DNA of 38,903 nucleotides, the filler included, from Hemiscyllium ocellatum (Eukaryota), in the NCBI RefSeq assembly GCF_020745735.1. It is 2 parts of 2 records of this genome, joined end to end, with 100 filler letters (N's around TTAATTAATTAA, not from the genome) between each part and the next. Parts side by side here need not be neighbours in the genome. Positions count along the whole stretch, not along the records: positions 21,573 to 38,903 come from NC_083409.1; 1 more part is not named here. The stretch is one strand, 5' to 3'. Below are positions 22,998 through 34,359 of this stretch, piece after piece. The notes beneath the pieces were generated by a model. The model was not told the origin of the DNA. It saw only the letters and a list, made by a program, of their open reading frames with translations, and did not search any database. Each line of letters opens with the position of its first letter. Within the stretch, counting starts at the first letter, position 1. The position numbers were made by a program, and so were the translations under genes.

Positions 22998-23036
22998 GGT
23001 TTTTATACAGCCTCTGCACTGGGAGCTCTCACTGTG
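22998..23036 (+). promoter_or_regulatory. 23-bp-spacer RSS of J
   Basis: GGTTTTTAT (1 mismatch) + 23 nt + CACTGTG. Confidence 0.93.
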
Positions 23037-23071
23037 TTACACGTTTGGTAAAGGAACCAAACTCAGACTGA
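23037..23071 (+). other. IGKJ: Ig kappa-type J segment
   Basis: YTFGKGTKLRL with FGxG motif; a phase-1 end at 23071 joins the C exon in frame (LRL-S-RENSQ); followed by GCAAGT. Confidence 0.93.
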
Positions 23072-23529
23072 GCAAGTAAACCTCAATTGTCTATTATTAA
23101 ACCTGTCAATACTGAAACACACTTTCTAAAACACAAATGCTGAATTGTTGAAGGTGTTAGTGGGGAGCTGCAGTGAATGAAATGGTTGATTGAGGAGCAC
23201 TGTGTCGAACAGGGTGTCCAGCTGTATTTCTTTCGTTCCATTGCCCCGCTTAAGCAGCAAGACAGAAGTCAGTAAGTTTTACTCACTGTGTGGAGGAGCT
23301 CTGTCCATTTTCAGCCTGTGGTCCCATTCCTGCAGCATGGAGTGAAATCAGTGAGCAGCCTCCTGCCAGTCTCAGTGTGACAGACACGGGCAGATTTTGA
23401 AGTGAGCTCTGGCTCCCTGTCCCAGTCTCTGATCTCATTCTCCTCAGCAGCAGCAGCAGCAGCACAGTGAGACACCGAGCTCCCACCTCCCCCAGCTTTA
23501 ACTCTGCTCAATCACACAATCACAGAATT

Positions 23530-25940
23530 GTTACAGTGCACAAGGTGGCCATTCCACCCATCCTGTCTGGACCGGCTCTCTGAATGAGCAATTCACTGAG
23601 TGTCATTCTCCTGCTTTCTCCCTGTCACCCTGCACATTGTTCCTTTTCAAATAACAGCCTCATCCCTTCGGAATGTTTTAATTGAAGCTGCCTCCACCAC
23701 ACTCTCAGGCAGTGCATTCCACACCTTAACCACTCACTGGCTGAAAATGTTGCTCCCCATCTCAATTTTGTTCCTTTTCCCAATTACTTTCAATCTGTGG
23801 TCTCTTGGTCTGAATCCTTTCTTAATTGGGAACATTTTCTCCCTATTTACTCTGTCCAGGCCCTTCCTGATTTTGAATTCCTTGAACAAATCTCCTCTAA
23901 GCCTTCTCCAAAGAAGACAGTCCCAAATTCTCCAATCAAACTTCATAACTGATGTTCCTCATCCCTGGAATGATCTTTGGGAACAATTTTTGTCATTGCT
24001 ACAAAACATTCGCCTCCTTCCAGAATTCTTCACATTATCTATATCCCTCATGATTTTCCAAACCTCTACAAGGTCACTCCTCAGAACCTTCCGCTTCAGG
24101 GGAAGAAGTCTCAGCTTTTCCAGCCGCTCATAGCCATGGAGTCATACAGCGTGGAAACAGACCTTTCAGTCCAACTTGTCCATGCTAACCAAATATCCTA
24201 AACTGACCTCAGCCCATTTGCCAGCATTTGGCTTACATCTCTCAAAACCCAACCTATTCATGTACCCATACCAATGTGTTTTAAATGCTGTAACTGTATC
24301 TGCCTCCAACACTTTCTCTGGCAGCTCAATCCAGACACGCACCACCCTCTGTGTGACAAGTTACCCCTCAGGTCCCTTTTGAATCTTTTGCGTCTCACCT
24401 TAAACTTATGTCCTCTTGTTTTGGAATCCCTTTCCCACGGAAAAGACCTTGGATATACACCCTGTCCATGCCCCTCATAGTTTTATAAACATCTATAAGG
24501 TCACCCCTTGGCCTTAGATGCTGCAGGGAATATAGCCCTAGTTTCTTCAGCCTTTCCCGATAGCTCAAACCCTCCAAATCCTGGCCACATCCTTGTAAAT
24601 CGTTTCTGCCACTTTTTAAGTTTAACAACATCCTTCCTATCTCAGGATGATAGGATTGTTCACATCATTCCCAAAGTGGCCTCACCAATCTCCTGCTGCA
24701 ACATGATGTTCTAACTCCTGTACTCAATGCAGTGATGAACAAAAGCAAGCAAACCAAACACCTTCTTCATCACCCTGTCTACCTGTGACCCCACTTTCAA
24801 GGAATAATGTACCTGCATCTTCACCCCTAGGTCTGTTATTCAGCAACACTCCACAGGGCCCTCCCATTAACTGTATAACTCCTGCCCTGGTTTGCCTTTC
24901 CAAAATGCAACATCTCACATTTATCTAAACTGAACTCCATTTGCCAACCTTCTGCCCATTGTCCCATCTGATCAAGGTCCCGCTGTACCCTGAGATAATC
25001 TTCTTCACAATCTACTGTCCCACCAATTTTGGTGTCATTTACAAACTTACCATAACTCCTATATTCACATCCAAATCATTTCTTTAAATCATGAAAAGCA
25101 TTTGTGGACTCAGCACCAATCCTTGCGGGCACACAGCTATTCACAGATCTCCAGTCTGAAAAGCAACCTTTTTCCACCACTCTCTGTCTCCTATCTGCAA
25201 GCCAATTTTTTTGACTTCAATGGCTTGCTCCCCCTGGATCCCATGTGGTCTAACCTCACAACCAGTCTATGGTGTGGAACCTTGTCAAACACTTTACTCT
25301 GAAGTCCATACTGACAAGGTCTAGTGTTCTGTCTTCATCAATCCTTTTTGTCACCTCCTGAATCAAATTCATGAGACGTGATTTCCTATGCACAATGCCA
25401 CACTGATTATCCAAACGATGTAAATCCTGTCCCACAGAATCTACTCCAACATCTTACCCAGCACTGACATCAGGCTCACTGGTCTATAGTTCCCTCGCTT
25501 TTACTGACAGCCTTTCTGAAATAATGGCATAATCTTAGCCAACCTCTCTGTTTCTCCAGGACCTTATCCATGGTTGCCGATGATACATATATCTCAGCAA
25601 GGATCCCAAAAATCTCTTCCCAGTTTGCCACAATGTTCTGGGGTACACCTGATCAGGTCCTAGGGTTTATCTACCTTTATGTGATTTAAGATTGTTTGCG
25701 TCTCCTCATTTATATGTGGTCTCTTTTCAAGACATCACTATTTTTCCGAATTCCTTAGCTTTCCCCACAATATATACTGACCTAAAATATTTGTTCAGGA
25801 TCTCACCCATCTCTTGAGTCTTACCAAAATACAGCACTCACATTTATCTGAATTAAACTCCATCTGCCATTCCTCAGCCCACTGGCCCCGTTGGTCAAGA
25901 TTCCATTGTATTCTTAGACAACCTTCTTCACTGCCACTGA
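23530..25940 (-). mobile_element. stack of decayed CR1 fragments in the J-C intron
   Basis: LKRRLRGDL-type and LERLGLYSL-type motifs in ORFs 23734-23946, 24395-24631, 24724-24918 and 25795-25995; several separate 3' tails. Confidence 0.75.
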
Positions 25941-26255
25941 TTAGATTAGATTCTCCAAAGCGTGGAAACAGGCCCTTTCGGCCCAACAAGTCCATAATGA
26001 TCCTCCGAAGAGTAACCCACCCAGACCGACTTCCCTCTCAGTAATGCATCAACACTATGAACAATTTAGCATGGCAAATTCACCTGACCTGCACATCTTT
26101 GGACTGTGGAAGGAAACCAGAGCACCCAGAGGAAAAACACGCAGACGCAGGGAGAATGTGCAAACTCCACACAGACAGTCACCCAAGGCTGGAATCGAAC
26201 CTGGGACCCTGGTACTATGAGGCTGCAGTGCAAATCTGTGAGCCACCATGCTGAC
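25941..26255 (-). mobile_element. V-SINE (HE1-like)
   Basis: tRNA-like head, V-domain gactgtctgtgtggagtttgcacattctccc and CR1-type tail gggccgaaagggcctgtttccac. Confidence 0.85.
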
Positions 26256-26399
26256 GCCCCCGAGCCACCACTAAGCCACCAATGCCACCTGAAAATTCAC
26301 CTAAACACACGCTTGCCACTCTGGTCCCTCTCTGCCCATTACACTGCTGCTACCCTAAACTATATTCAGAAATTAAAGACACCCCCCCCCCTCCATTTA

Positions 26400-27570
26400 T
26401 AATAGCTCTATCATATTTTCAGGTCTCTGTAAATTCCTTGCATTTGTATTCCTCCACATCCTTCCCACTGGGTGGTGACTTATTGACTGCTCTGAGGATT
26501 CTGTGGTCCTTGGTGTTCCTCTCTGATATTTGCCCCTGGCTCCCACAGCCCTGCCAAGTTAGTTTAAACCCTCTCTAACAGTAGTAAACCACCTCACAAA
26601 AATCTAAAGCCCTCCCTCATGGATCCTCTTTCCAGCCCAGCAGTCACCTGTGTTCACCTCCTGATTCTATTCTCACTTGTGTGGGGTGCTGAAAATGTGT
26701 TGCTTGAAAAGCGCAGCAGGTCAGGCAGCATCCAAGGAGCAGGAGAGTCGACGTTTCGGGCCTGAGCCCTTCTTCACTTGCGTGGGGCACTGGGAGTAAT
26801 CTGGAGATTCCTACTTTTGAGTTCCTGCTACTAATTAGCAGCAGGAACTCAAAAGTAGGTAGCTCCACATTACTTAAAAGTAGGAAGCTCCAAAACTTCT
26901 GACTGCAGGACCACATCCCTTTTCTCCCTCTGTCACTGGGACTGATGTGGACCACGACTGCTGTCTGTTCCCCCTCTCCCCTGAGGGTGTTCTGCAGCCG
27001 CTCAGTGATATCCTGGCACCAGGGAGACAACACACCATCCTGGATTCCCATCTGCAGCTGCAGAAACACCTATCGATGCCTCAGTCTCCAATCTCCTCTC
27101 ACTAAAACTTTTCCAGTCTTCCTTGTGCCCCCTGTACAGCTGAGCCCCCCATGGTGCCATGGACTTGGCTCTGGATGCACCCCCCAGATGAACCATCATT
27201 CTCATCAGGATTCTGAACTGAATCCTGGTTGGAGAGTAGGATGTCTGGGGATTCCTGTACTAGCTGCCTGGTCCTTTTGGACTGTCTGCTGCTCCCCCAT
27301 TCCCTCTCTCCCTGCATACTCTGAAGCTGCAGAGTGACCACATCTAGAAACGTTTCTCCACGGAGCTCTCAGCCTCACGGACGCTCCGCACTGACACCAG
27401 CTGCTGCTCAAGCTCCAAAACCCAGAGCTCCAGCTGCTGTCATTGACCACACTTCCTGTACTCATGGTATTCCAGGAGCTGGGAAACATTCTGAAATTCC
27501 CACATGGATGCACACTCTCTCCACTCTTGGATTATCTCTATGCAGAGTTCTGATGACAAACAGCTCCAGC
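26400..27570 (-). mobile_element. CR1 ORF1 remnant (esterase-like) with a PLE terminus inserted at ~26685-26776
   Basis: EQTAVVVHISPSDRGRK resembles the VVVHIGTNDIGRK motif of CR1 ORF1; the insert reads TGAAGA AGGGC TCAG GCCC GAAACGTC GA on the - strand. Confidence 0.65.
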
Positions 27571-27629
27571 AGGGCTCACAGTCCAGTAGGTTCAGTGTTC
27601 CAGGGTTTTGGAGAAACTCTCCAGAAGAC

Positions 27630-28320
27630 TTTAAGAAATAGGAGCAGAAATCGGCCATTCAGCCCATTGAATCTGCTCTGCCATTTGACCTTGGCAGATG
27701 TGCTTCTCAACCCCAGTCTCCTGCCTACTCCACAGGAACTTTCCATCCCCTTAACAATCATGAACCTATCTATCTCTGTCTTAAATACACTCAGTGACTT
27801 GGCCTCCACTGCCCTCTGTAACAATGAGTTCCACAGATTCACCACCCTCCGGCTGAACAAATTCCTCCTCATCTCAGCTGGAAAGGGTCGGCCCTTCATT
27901 CTGATGCTGTGCTTTGGTTACCTCGTCTCTCCTATATTTGGAAACATCTTCTCCCATCCACTCTATCCAGGTCTATCTGTATTCTGCAAATTTCAATAAG
28001 ATCCCTCCTCATCCTTCTGTACTCCATTGAGTACAGACCCAGAGTCCTTAACCATGCCTCATATGACAAGCCCTCCATCCCCAGGATCATTCTTGTAAAC
28101 CCCTCCAATGCCAGCACATTGTTTCTTAGAATATGGGTCCTAAATCTGCTCACAATATTCCAAATTCAGTCTGATCAGAGCCTTACACAGCCTCAGCAGT
28201 ACATCTCTGCTCTTGTATTCTGGCACTATTGAAATGAATGCTAATATTTCATTTGCCTTCCCAAGCACAGACTGTACCTGCCTGTTAACCTTAAGAAAAT
28301 CCTGAATGAGGTTTGTGCTT
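27630..28320 (-). mobile_element. CR1 3' fragment
   Basis: EMRRNLFSRRVVNLWNSLLQRAVEAKSLSVFKTEIDRF; LRTLGLYSMEYRRMRRDLIE. Confidence 0.85.
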
Positions 28321-28399
28321 TAGATTTCCAAAGGCTTTCCTCATTTAGAAAATACCTCCACACCCTGACTCCATTGATTCCTGAAAGATCATCAAAAAT

Positions 28400-29700
28400 G
28401 TCTCCACAATCTCCTCAGTGATCTCCTTCAGAACACACTGGTGTAATTCATCAGTCTGGGTGAGTAATCCACACTCAGACATTTCAGCATCCCCAGTACC
28501 TCCTCCTGAGTAATGGCCACTGCACTCACCTCTGCCCCCTGACAGTCTTGAAGTACTGGGACACTGCTGGTGTTTTCCATTGTGCAGACTGATGTAATGT
28601 ATGGATTCAATTCCTCTGCTTTTTCTTCATTTCCTATTATTCTTTTTCCAATGTCTATTTCTGCCTCTCTCTTCCTTTTTATATATCTGATGAAACTCTT
28701 GCAATCTTCTTTTATATTACTGGCTCACTTTCCCCCACATTTCACCTTCCGTACCCTAATTATTATTTTTTTTTAGTTATCCTCTACAGGTTTTAAAGAC
28801 TTCCTAATCCTCTGGCCTCCCACTATTTTCCACCACATTGTGTGCTTTTTCTTTTGCTTTTATTCTGTCCTTGACCTCCCTCATCAGCCATGGTTACATT
28901 GTCCTCCCCTTAGTGTGTTTCTTCTTTTTTGGGATGAATTCCTACTCTGCTTCCTGAATTACCCCCAGAAACTCTGTTGTTTGCTGCCACACCATCTTAC
29001 CTGCTCGGTTCCCCTTCCAATCAACTCTGGCCAGCTCCTTCCTCACGTCTCTGTCGTTCCCTTTACTCAATTGAAATACTGTTCCATCTGATTGCAGCTT
29101 CTCCCTCTCAAACTACAGGGGGATTTCTATCATATTATGGTCACTTATCCATACGGATACTTTCACCTTCAGCTCACTGACCAAGTTTGCCTCATTACAC
29201 ATCACTGAATCCAGAACTGCCTGTTCCAAACCGCAAGCTGTTTCAAAAACCATCTCATAGACATTCCATGAAAACTTTTTGTTGAGACGTGCTACCCAAT
29301 CCACCTCTCCATTTTTTAAATGGATTTTCTGTCTCCTGATTGATTTCCTTCCCCACCCCCTGATTACTGCTTGGAGACCTGAACTTGCATCAGATTCTTT
29401 ATTTCTTGGGTTCCTCAACTCTTCCCACACAGATTCTACACCTTCTGACTGTATCTTTCTTGCTATTGATTTAAAGTCATTTCTTACTAACAAGGCAACT
29501 CCTGTCCCTCTGCTCTTCTGCCTGTCTTTTTGATAGGATATGGATCCTTGGATATTTAGTTCCCAACCCGGATCCCCTTACAGCCATGTACCTGTGATAC
29601 CCACAACATTGTACCTGCCAGTTTCAATCTGCACTACAAGCTTATTGTGTATATCTTGTGTATTTAAGTACAACACCCTCAGTACTACATTGACTGCCCT
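28400..29700 (-). mobile_element. decayed CR1 ORF2 N-terminal region (endonuclease to RT start)
   Basis: LLVRNDFKSIAR..EGVESVWEELRN; SDHNMIE; VAITQEEVLGMLKCL. Confidence 0.8.
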
Positions 29701-31161
29701 CCTTCTCATCAGTGTTCCTCTTATCTGCTGTGCTTGACATTTGATTCCTGATCCCTTCCATGCTCTCAGTCCTATTACATCTTCTAGAATCTTTGCTGAC
29801 CTCTCCTGAGCCCTCCTCCACTTTAACTAGTTTTAATTACTTGGAAACTCAATTTACCTCGATTTGGGGCATCACTTTGTTTCCCTGACTCGGAATGCTT
29901 CGTGCATTTAGACACAAAATTTTAAGTTTGATTTATTATTGATTTTCCCTGCACTTTTATGGTTCCTTTGATATTCAAAAATTCTATCCCTTCCTTTTAT
30001 TTACTTGGAACAATCAATCCCATCACTAACCAGCAATCCTACCTTCTCCTTTATCTTCCATTTTCTCATTTTCCATTCAACTGAACCAAATTACTTTCTC
30101 TTTGGGTTGTGTTCAGGACAATATTTATCATTGAACCAAAATCGTGAAGAATGCTCTTTGATCTCATTGCTTCCAGTGGGATCTTGCTGTGTAGAAATTG
30201 GTTGCCCCTTTCCTGAAATTGCAACAGTGACTGGTTTTCAAGCAAAATGTAACTGTCTTTTGGAGAGTCTGAGGTGCTGAGGGCTTAACTGAAACACAAT
30301 TAGAGTCATGGAGATGTACAGCACAGAAACAGACTCGTCGATCTGACTCATCCATGCCAACCACAGAGACATAGAGTCATAGTGTCAGAGAGATGTACAG
30401 CACAGAAATAGATCCTTCTGTGTAACTCGTCCATGCCGACCAGATAACCTAAATTAATCTAGTCCCATTTGTCAGTATTTGGCCCATATCCTTCTAAACC
30501 CTTCCTATTCATATACTCACCCAAATGCCTTTTAAATGTTATCATACCAGCCTCCACCACTTCCTCTGGCAGCTCATTCCAAAAATGTACCACTCTCTGC
30601 TGGAAAACATTATGCCTTAGTTCCTGTTTAAATCATTCTCCTGATACTTTCCACCTATGCCCTCTAGTTCTGGACTCCTTCACTCTGACCAAAATATCTT
30701 CTCTGTTCACTTGATCGATGTCCCTCATTATGTTAGAAACCTCGATATGGTCACCCCTCAGCCTCCAGTGATACAGCGAAAATAGCCTCAGCCTATTCAG
30801 CTTATCCTGATCACTCAAACCCTCCAACTTGGCAACATCCTTGGAAATCTTTTCTGAACCATTTTAAGGTTCCCAACATTTTTCCAACAGCAGGGAGGCC
30901 AGAATGCCACAGATTATTCCAAAAGGGGCCAAACTAATGTCCTGTACAGGTGCATCAGCTCCCAACTCCAATACTCAATGCATTGCCCAATAAAGGAAAG
31001 CATGCCAAATGACTTCGTCACCCCCCTACCTACCTGCAACTCCACTTTCAAGGAACTAATCTTTTTTGGGATGAACTGGGAGTCTTTCAGTTGTGATTTT
31101 TCTAATCACCCTGTTCAGAAACAAACTTCTTGCTTTCACGCTTAACTAAAAATAAGATAAA

Positions 31162-31505
31162 GGAGGTAATGATTTAATGGTACTATTGCTGAGCTGTTCA
31201 TCCAGAGATCCAGATTAATGTTCTGGGGGCCAGGGTTAGAATCCTGCACAGCAGATGGTGGAATGTGAATTCAATAAAAAAATCTGCAATTAAGTGTCGA
31301 ATGATGACCATGAAACAATTGTTGATTGTCAGGAAGAAGCCACCTGATTCCCTGATGTCCTTTAGGGAAGGAACCTGCCATCCTTACAATGTGACTCCAG
31401 ACCCACAGCAATGTGGTTGACTCTAAACTGCCCTCTGGGTGATTAGGGATGGGCAATAAATGCTGATCCTATCAGTGACACTCACATCCCAAGAAGCAAT
31501 TTAAA
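31162..31505 (+). mobile_element. near full-length tRNA-derived SINE upstream of C copy B
   Basis: Pol III-like head, body, and tail gattagggatgggcaataaatgctg; only the tail survives in cluster A (14446-14520). Confidence 0.7.
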
Positions 31506-31634
31506 CAATGCCTGTTCTTTTCTGGGGTTTGTTAGGTATTGGCTACAAATGTTCAAACATTTTATCAATGAATATTCTGAGAGTTGAAATCCCTCCATAT
31601 GGCAGGGATTAAAATTGTTTCTCTTATCTTTCAG

Positions 31635-31963
31635 GCCGTGAGAACTCTCAGCCCAAGCTGACCCTGCTACCCCCTCCCCAGAGCAGGTCAATGCCAAGTG
31701 CTCTGCCACCCTGGTGTGCCTTGCCAATCACTTCTATCCCGATGAGCTGGAGGTGCAGTGGAAGAAGGACGGTGCAGTCATTTTGGACGGGGTTCAGACC
31801 AGCAACTACCTGCGAGCTTCGGACAGCACTTACAGTGTCAGCAGCCTTGCTGACCCTCTCTGGGTCTGACTGGGAGTCTGACGCTCGCTTCTCCTGTGCC
31901 CTCACCCACGTGACCCTCCCCTCTCCCCTCAGCAAGAGCATCAGGAGATCAGAATGTGTGTAG
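31635..31963 (+). pseudogene. IGKC: Ig kappa-type constant exon, copy B, with compensating -1/+1 frameshifts
   Basis: Acceptor tctttcag|; C5 instead of C6 at 31670-31674 and extra T at 31847-31848 versus copy A; intact 3' end LLTLSGSDWESDARFSCALTHVTLPSPLSKSIRRSECV*. Confidence 0.93.
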
Positions 31964-32486
31964 AGTGTTGGAGACAGTCCACAGAGGAGACACAACTTTA
32001 AATAGAACAGGGCTGAGCTGGCAGGACAAAGGTCATTGCCAGCACTGAATTTCAACTCTCTTCCTTCTCAGGACTGGCTCAGAGACTTCTGAGGTTCAGG
32101 GGTTATGATAGGTCATTGGGACACTGTAGATAGAGCTTTATGCTATGTCAAACCCCATGCTGTCCCTGTTCTGGGAGTGTTTGATGGGGACAGAGTTGAC
32201 TTGTGATGCCAAGTAAAATCTCTTGAAGTTGCTGAAGACTGTCAGCTGTACAAAACAATGTGAACCTCAGAAGTCTCTGCTTCAGTAAACCAGATCTCCT
32301 TCCTGCTTAGCTGTCAGTTCCAATTTAAGGTTTTGTCACTGTTTGAAGGGAAAGGATTCTCATGTTATTGAGAAAATCTCCACAAGTGTTTGCCTCAAGC
32401 TCCAATGTGGCTGTGAATTTGAGCAGCTTCCTCTGTCTGGGCTGTTAATTGTAGTTTTTTTCTGTCAATGTTAATCTGGAAAAGGG

Positions 32487-32492
32487 AATAAA
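32487..32492 (+). terminator. polyadenylation signal of C copy B
   Basis: AATAAA at the position homologous to 15477-15482. Confidence 0.7.
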
Positions 32493-32706
32493 GATGAAGA
32501 AGTTTAAGTCTCTGTGTCTGTGTGCTTTGGAGATTGACGACTCCATTGAGCTGATTGGCTGCATTTCAGCATGGCATTGTCACAATTGGCTAATTGGCTT
32601 GTCAATCAATGACACATCTTTGTAGAGGATACTGAGAGCCAATCATCAATCACTTTCAAATGATCCCTTTGATCTGGAATCATTGGAGGTTACAAGATTC
32701 CAAACA

Positions 32707-34004
32707 GTTTTCCATCAATGACAACCTGGACCATCTCTGACACCTCCCTCCCCTTCCTGGACCACTCCATCTCCATTAATGATGACCGACTTGACACTGA
32801 CATTTTTTACAAACCACCGGCACCGAGAATTTCACCTACTTCCCAACCTACCTCTTGCAAAAAAGCCATCCTGTATTCCCAATTCCTCTGCCTCCGCCAT
32901 ATTTGCTCCCAGGAGGACCACTTCCATCACAGAACACATCAGATGGCCTTCTTCTTGAGAGACGGCAATTTCCCTTCCCACGTGGTCAAAGATGCTCCAA
33001 CGCATCTCATCCACATCCCACCCTCTGCCCTCAAACCCCACCCCTCCTACCGTAACAAGGACAGAACCCCCCCTTCCATCTTCCACCCTACCAAACTTCG
33101 CATAAACCACATCATCCAACGACATTTTCGCCACCTGCAAACCACCAGGGATATATTTCCCTCCCCACCCATTCCTGCTTTCCACAAAGACCGTTCCGTC
33201 CGTGACTACTTGGTCAAGTCCACGTCCCCCAACAACCCACCCTCCCTTCCTGACACGCGCCCCTGCCACCGCAGGAATTGCAAAACCTCTGCCCACACCT
33301 CCTCCCTCACCTCCATCTAAGGCCCCAAAAGAGCCTTCCATATCCATCAAATTTTTACCAGCACATCCTCCAATATCATTTACTGTATCTGTTGCACCTG
33401 ATGCGGTTTCCTCTATATTGGGGAGACTGGACACTCCTTGCAGAGCTCTTTAGGAACATCTCCGGGACAACCACACCAATCAACCCCACTGCCCTGTGAC
33501 CAACATTTCAACTCCCCCTCCCACTCTGCCAAGGACATGCAGGTCCTAGGCCTCCTCCACCGCCGCTCCCTCATCACCCGACGCCTAGAGGAAGAGCACC
33601 TCATCTTCCGCCTCGGAACACTTCAATCCCATGGCATCAATCTGAATTTCACCAGCTTCCTCATTTCTTCTTCCCCCGCCTCACCCCAGCTCCAACCTTC
33701 AGCCTCAGCACCATCCTCATGACCTGTCCTACCTGCTTATTTTCCTTTCCACCTATCCACTCCACCCTCATCTCTGACCTATCACCTCCATCCCCACCCC
33801 CATTCACCTATTGTACTTGATTCTACTTTCTCCCCAACCCCCACTCATTTATCTCTCCACTCTGCAGGCACCCTGCTTCTATATCTGATGAAGGGCTTTT
33901 GCCCGAAACATTGATTTTCCTGCTACTGGGATGCTGCCTGACCTGCTGTGCTTTTCCAGCACCAATCTGATCTCGCCTCTGGTTTCCAGTCCTTGTTTTT
34001 ACCT
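32707..34004 (+). mobile_element. 5'-truncated Penelope-like element specific to cluster B
   Basis: SDTSLPFLD, DIFYKP, YSQFLCLRHICS, LYIGETG (GIY-YIG); terminus CTGATGA AGGGC TTTT GCCC GAAA CATT at 33885-33912; empty site in cluster A at ~15680. Confidence 0.92.
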
Positions 34005-34159
34005 AGAAACAGAAAGCTGTTAGGACTCAATAATTACAATCTTAGGCATTCCCTCTTCACTCTGTGGTCCAGGCTCAGGTGCTGGGATTGCACTCTGCAC
34101 TCTTTGCTGCATCCTGTGTTGTCCCTGAAGTGATCTTAGGGTCAATCACTGACAGTGCA

Positions 34160-34328
34160 GGCTGCGTGTCCCTCTGAGTGTGAGTGTACTACATAATGCT
34201 GCCTGTAGGTGTCACTCTGAGTGTGGGTGTGTTATTCAGAGAGACACCTACAGGCAGCATGGAGCATGTTACTCAGTGCTGCCTGACTCTCTGAGTGTGT
34301 GTGTTACTCAGTGTTGCCTGTAGGTGTC

Positions 34329-34359
<31 letters not shown>

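Noticed and set aside
26195-26255. tRNA-like sequences here and at ~36150-36215 and ~31162-31250
   Set aside because: SINE heads joined to SINE bodies, not tRNA genes
27334-27999. 221-aa + strand ORF
   Set aside because: Antisense read-through across two - strand CR1 fragments
14648-31963. The two C regions as uncollapsed alleles (haplotigs)
   Set aside because: Flanking divergence and several cluster-specific TE insertions are too great for alleles
32832-33434. 200-aa - strand ORF
   Set aside because: Antisense shadow of the Penelope ORF
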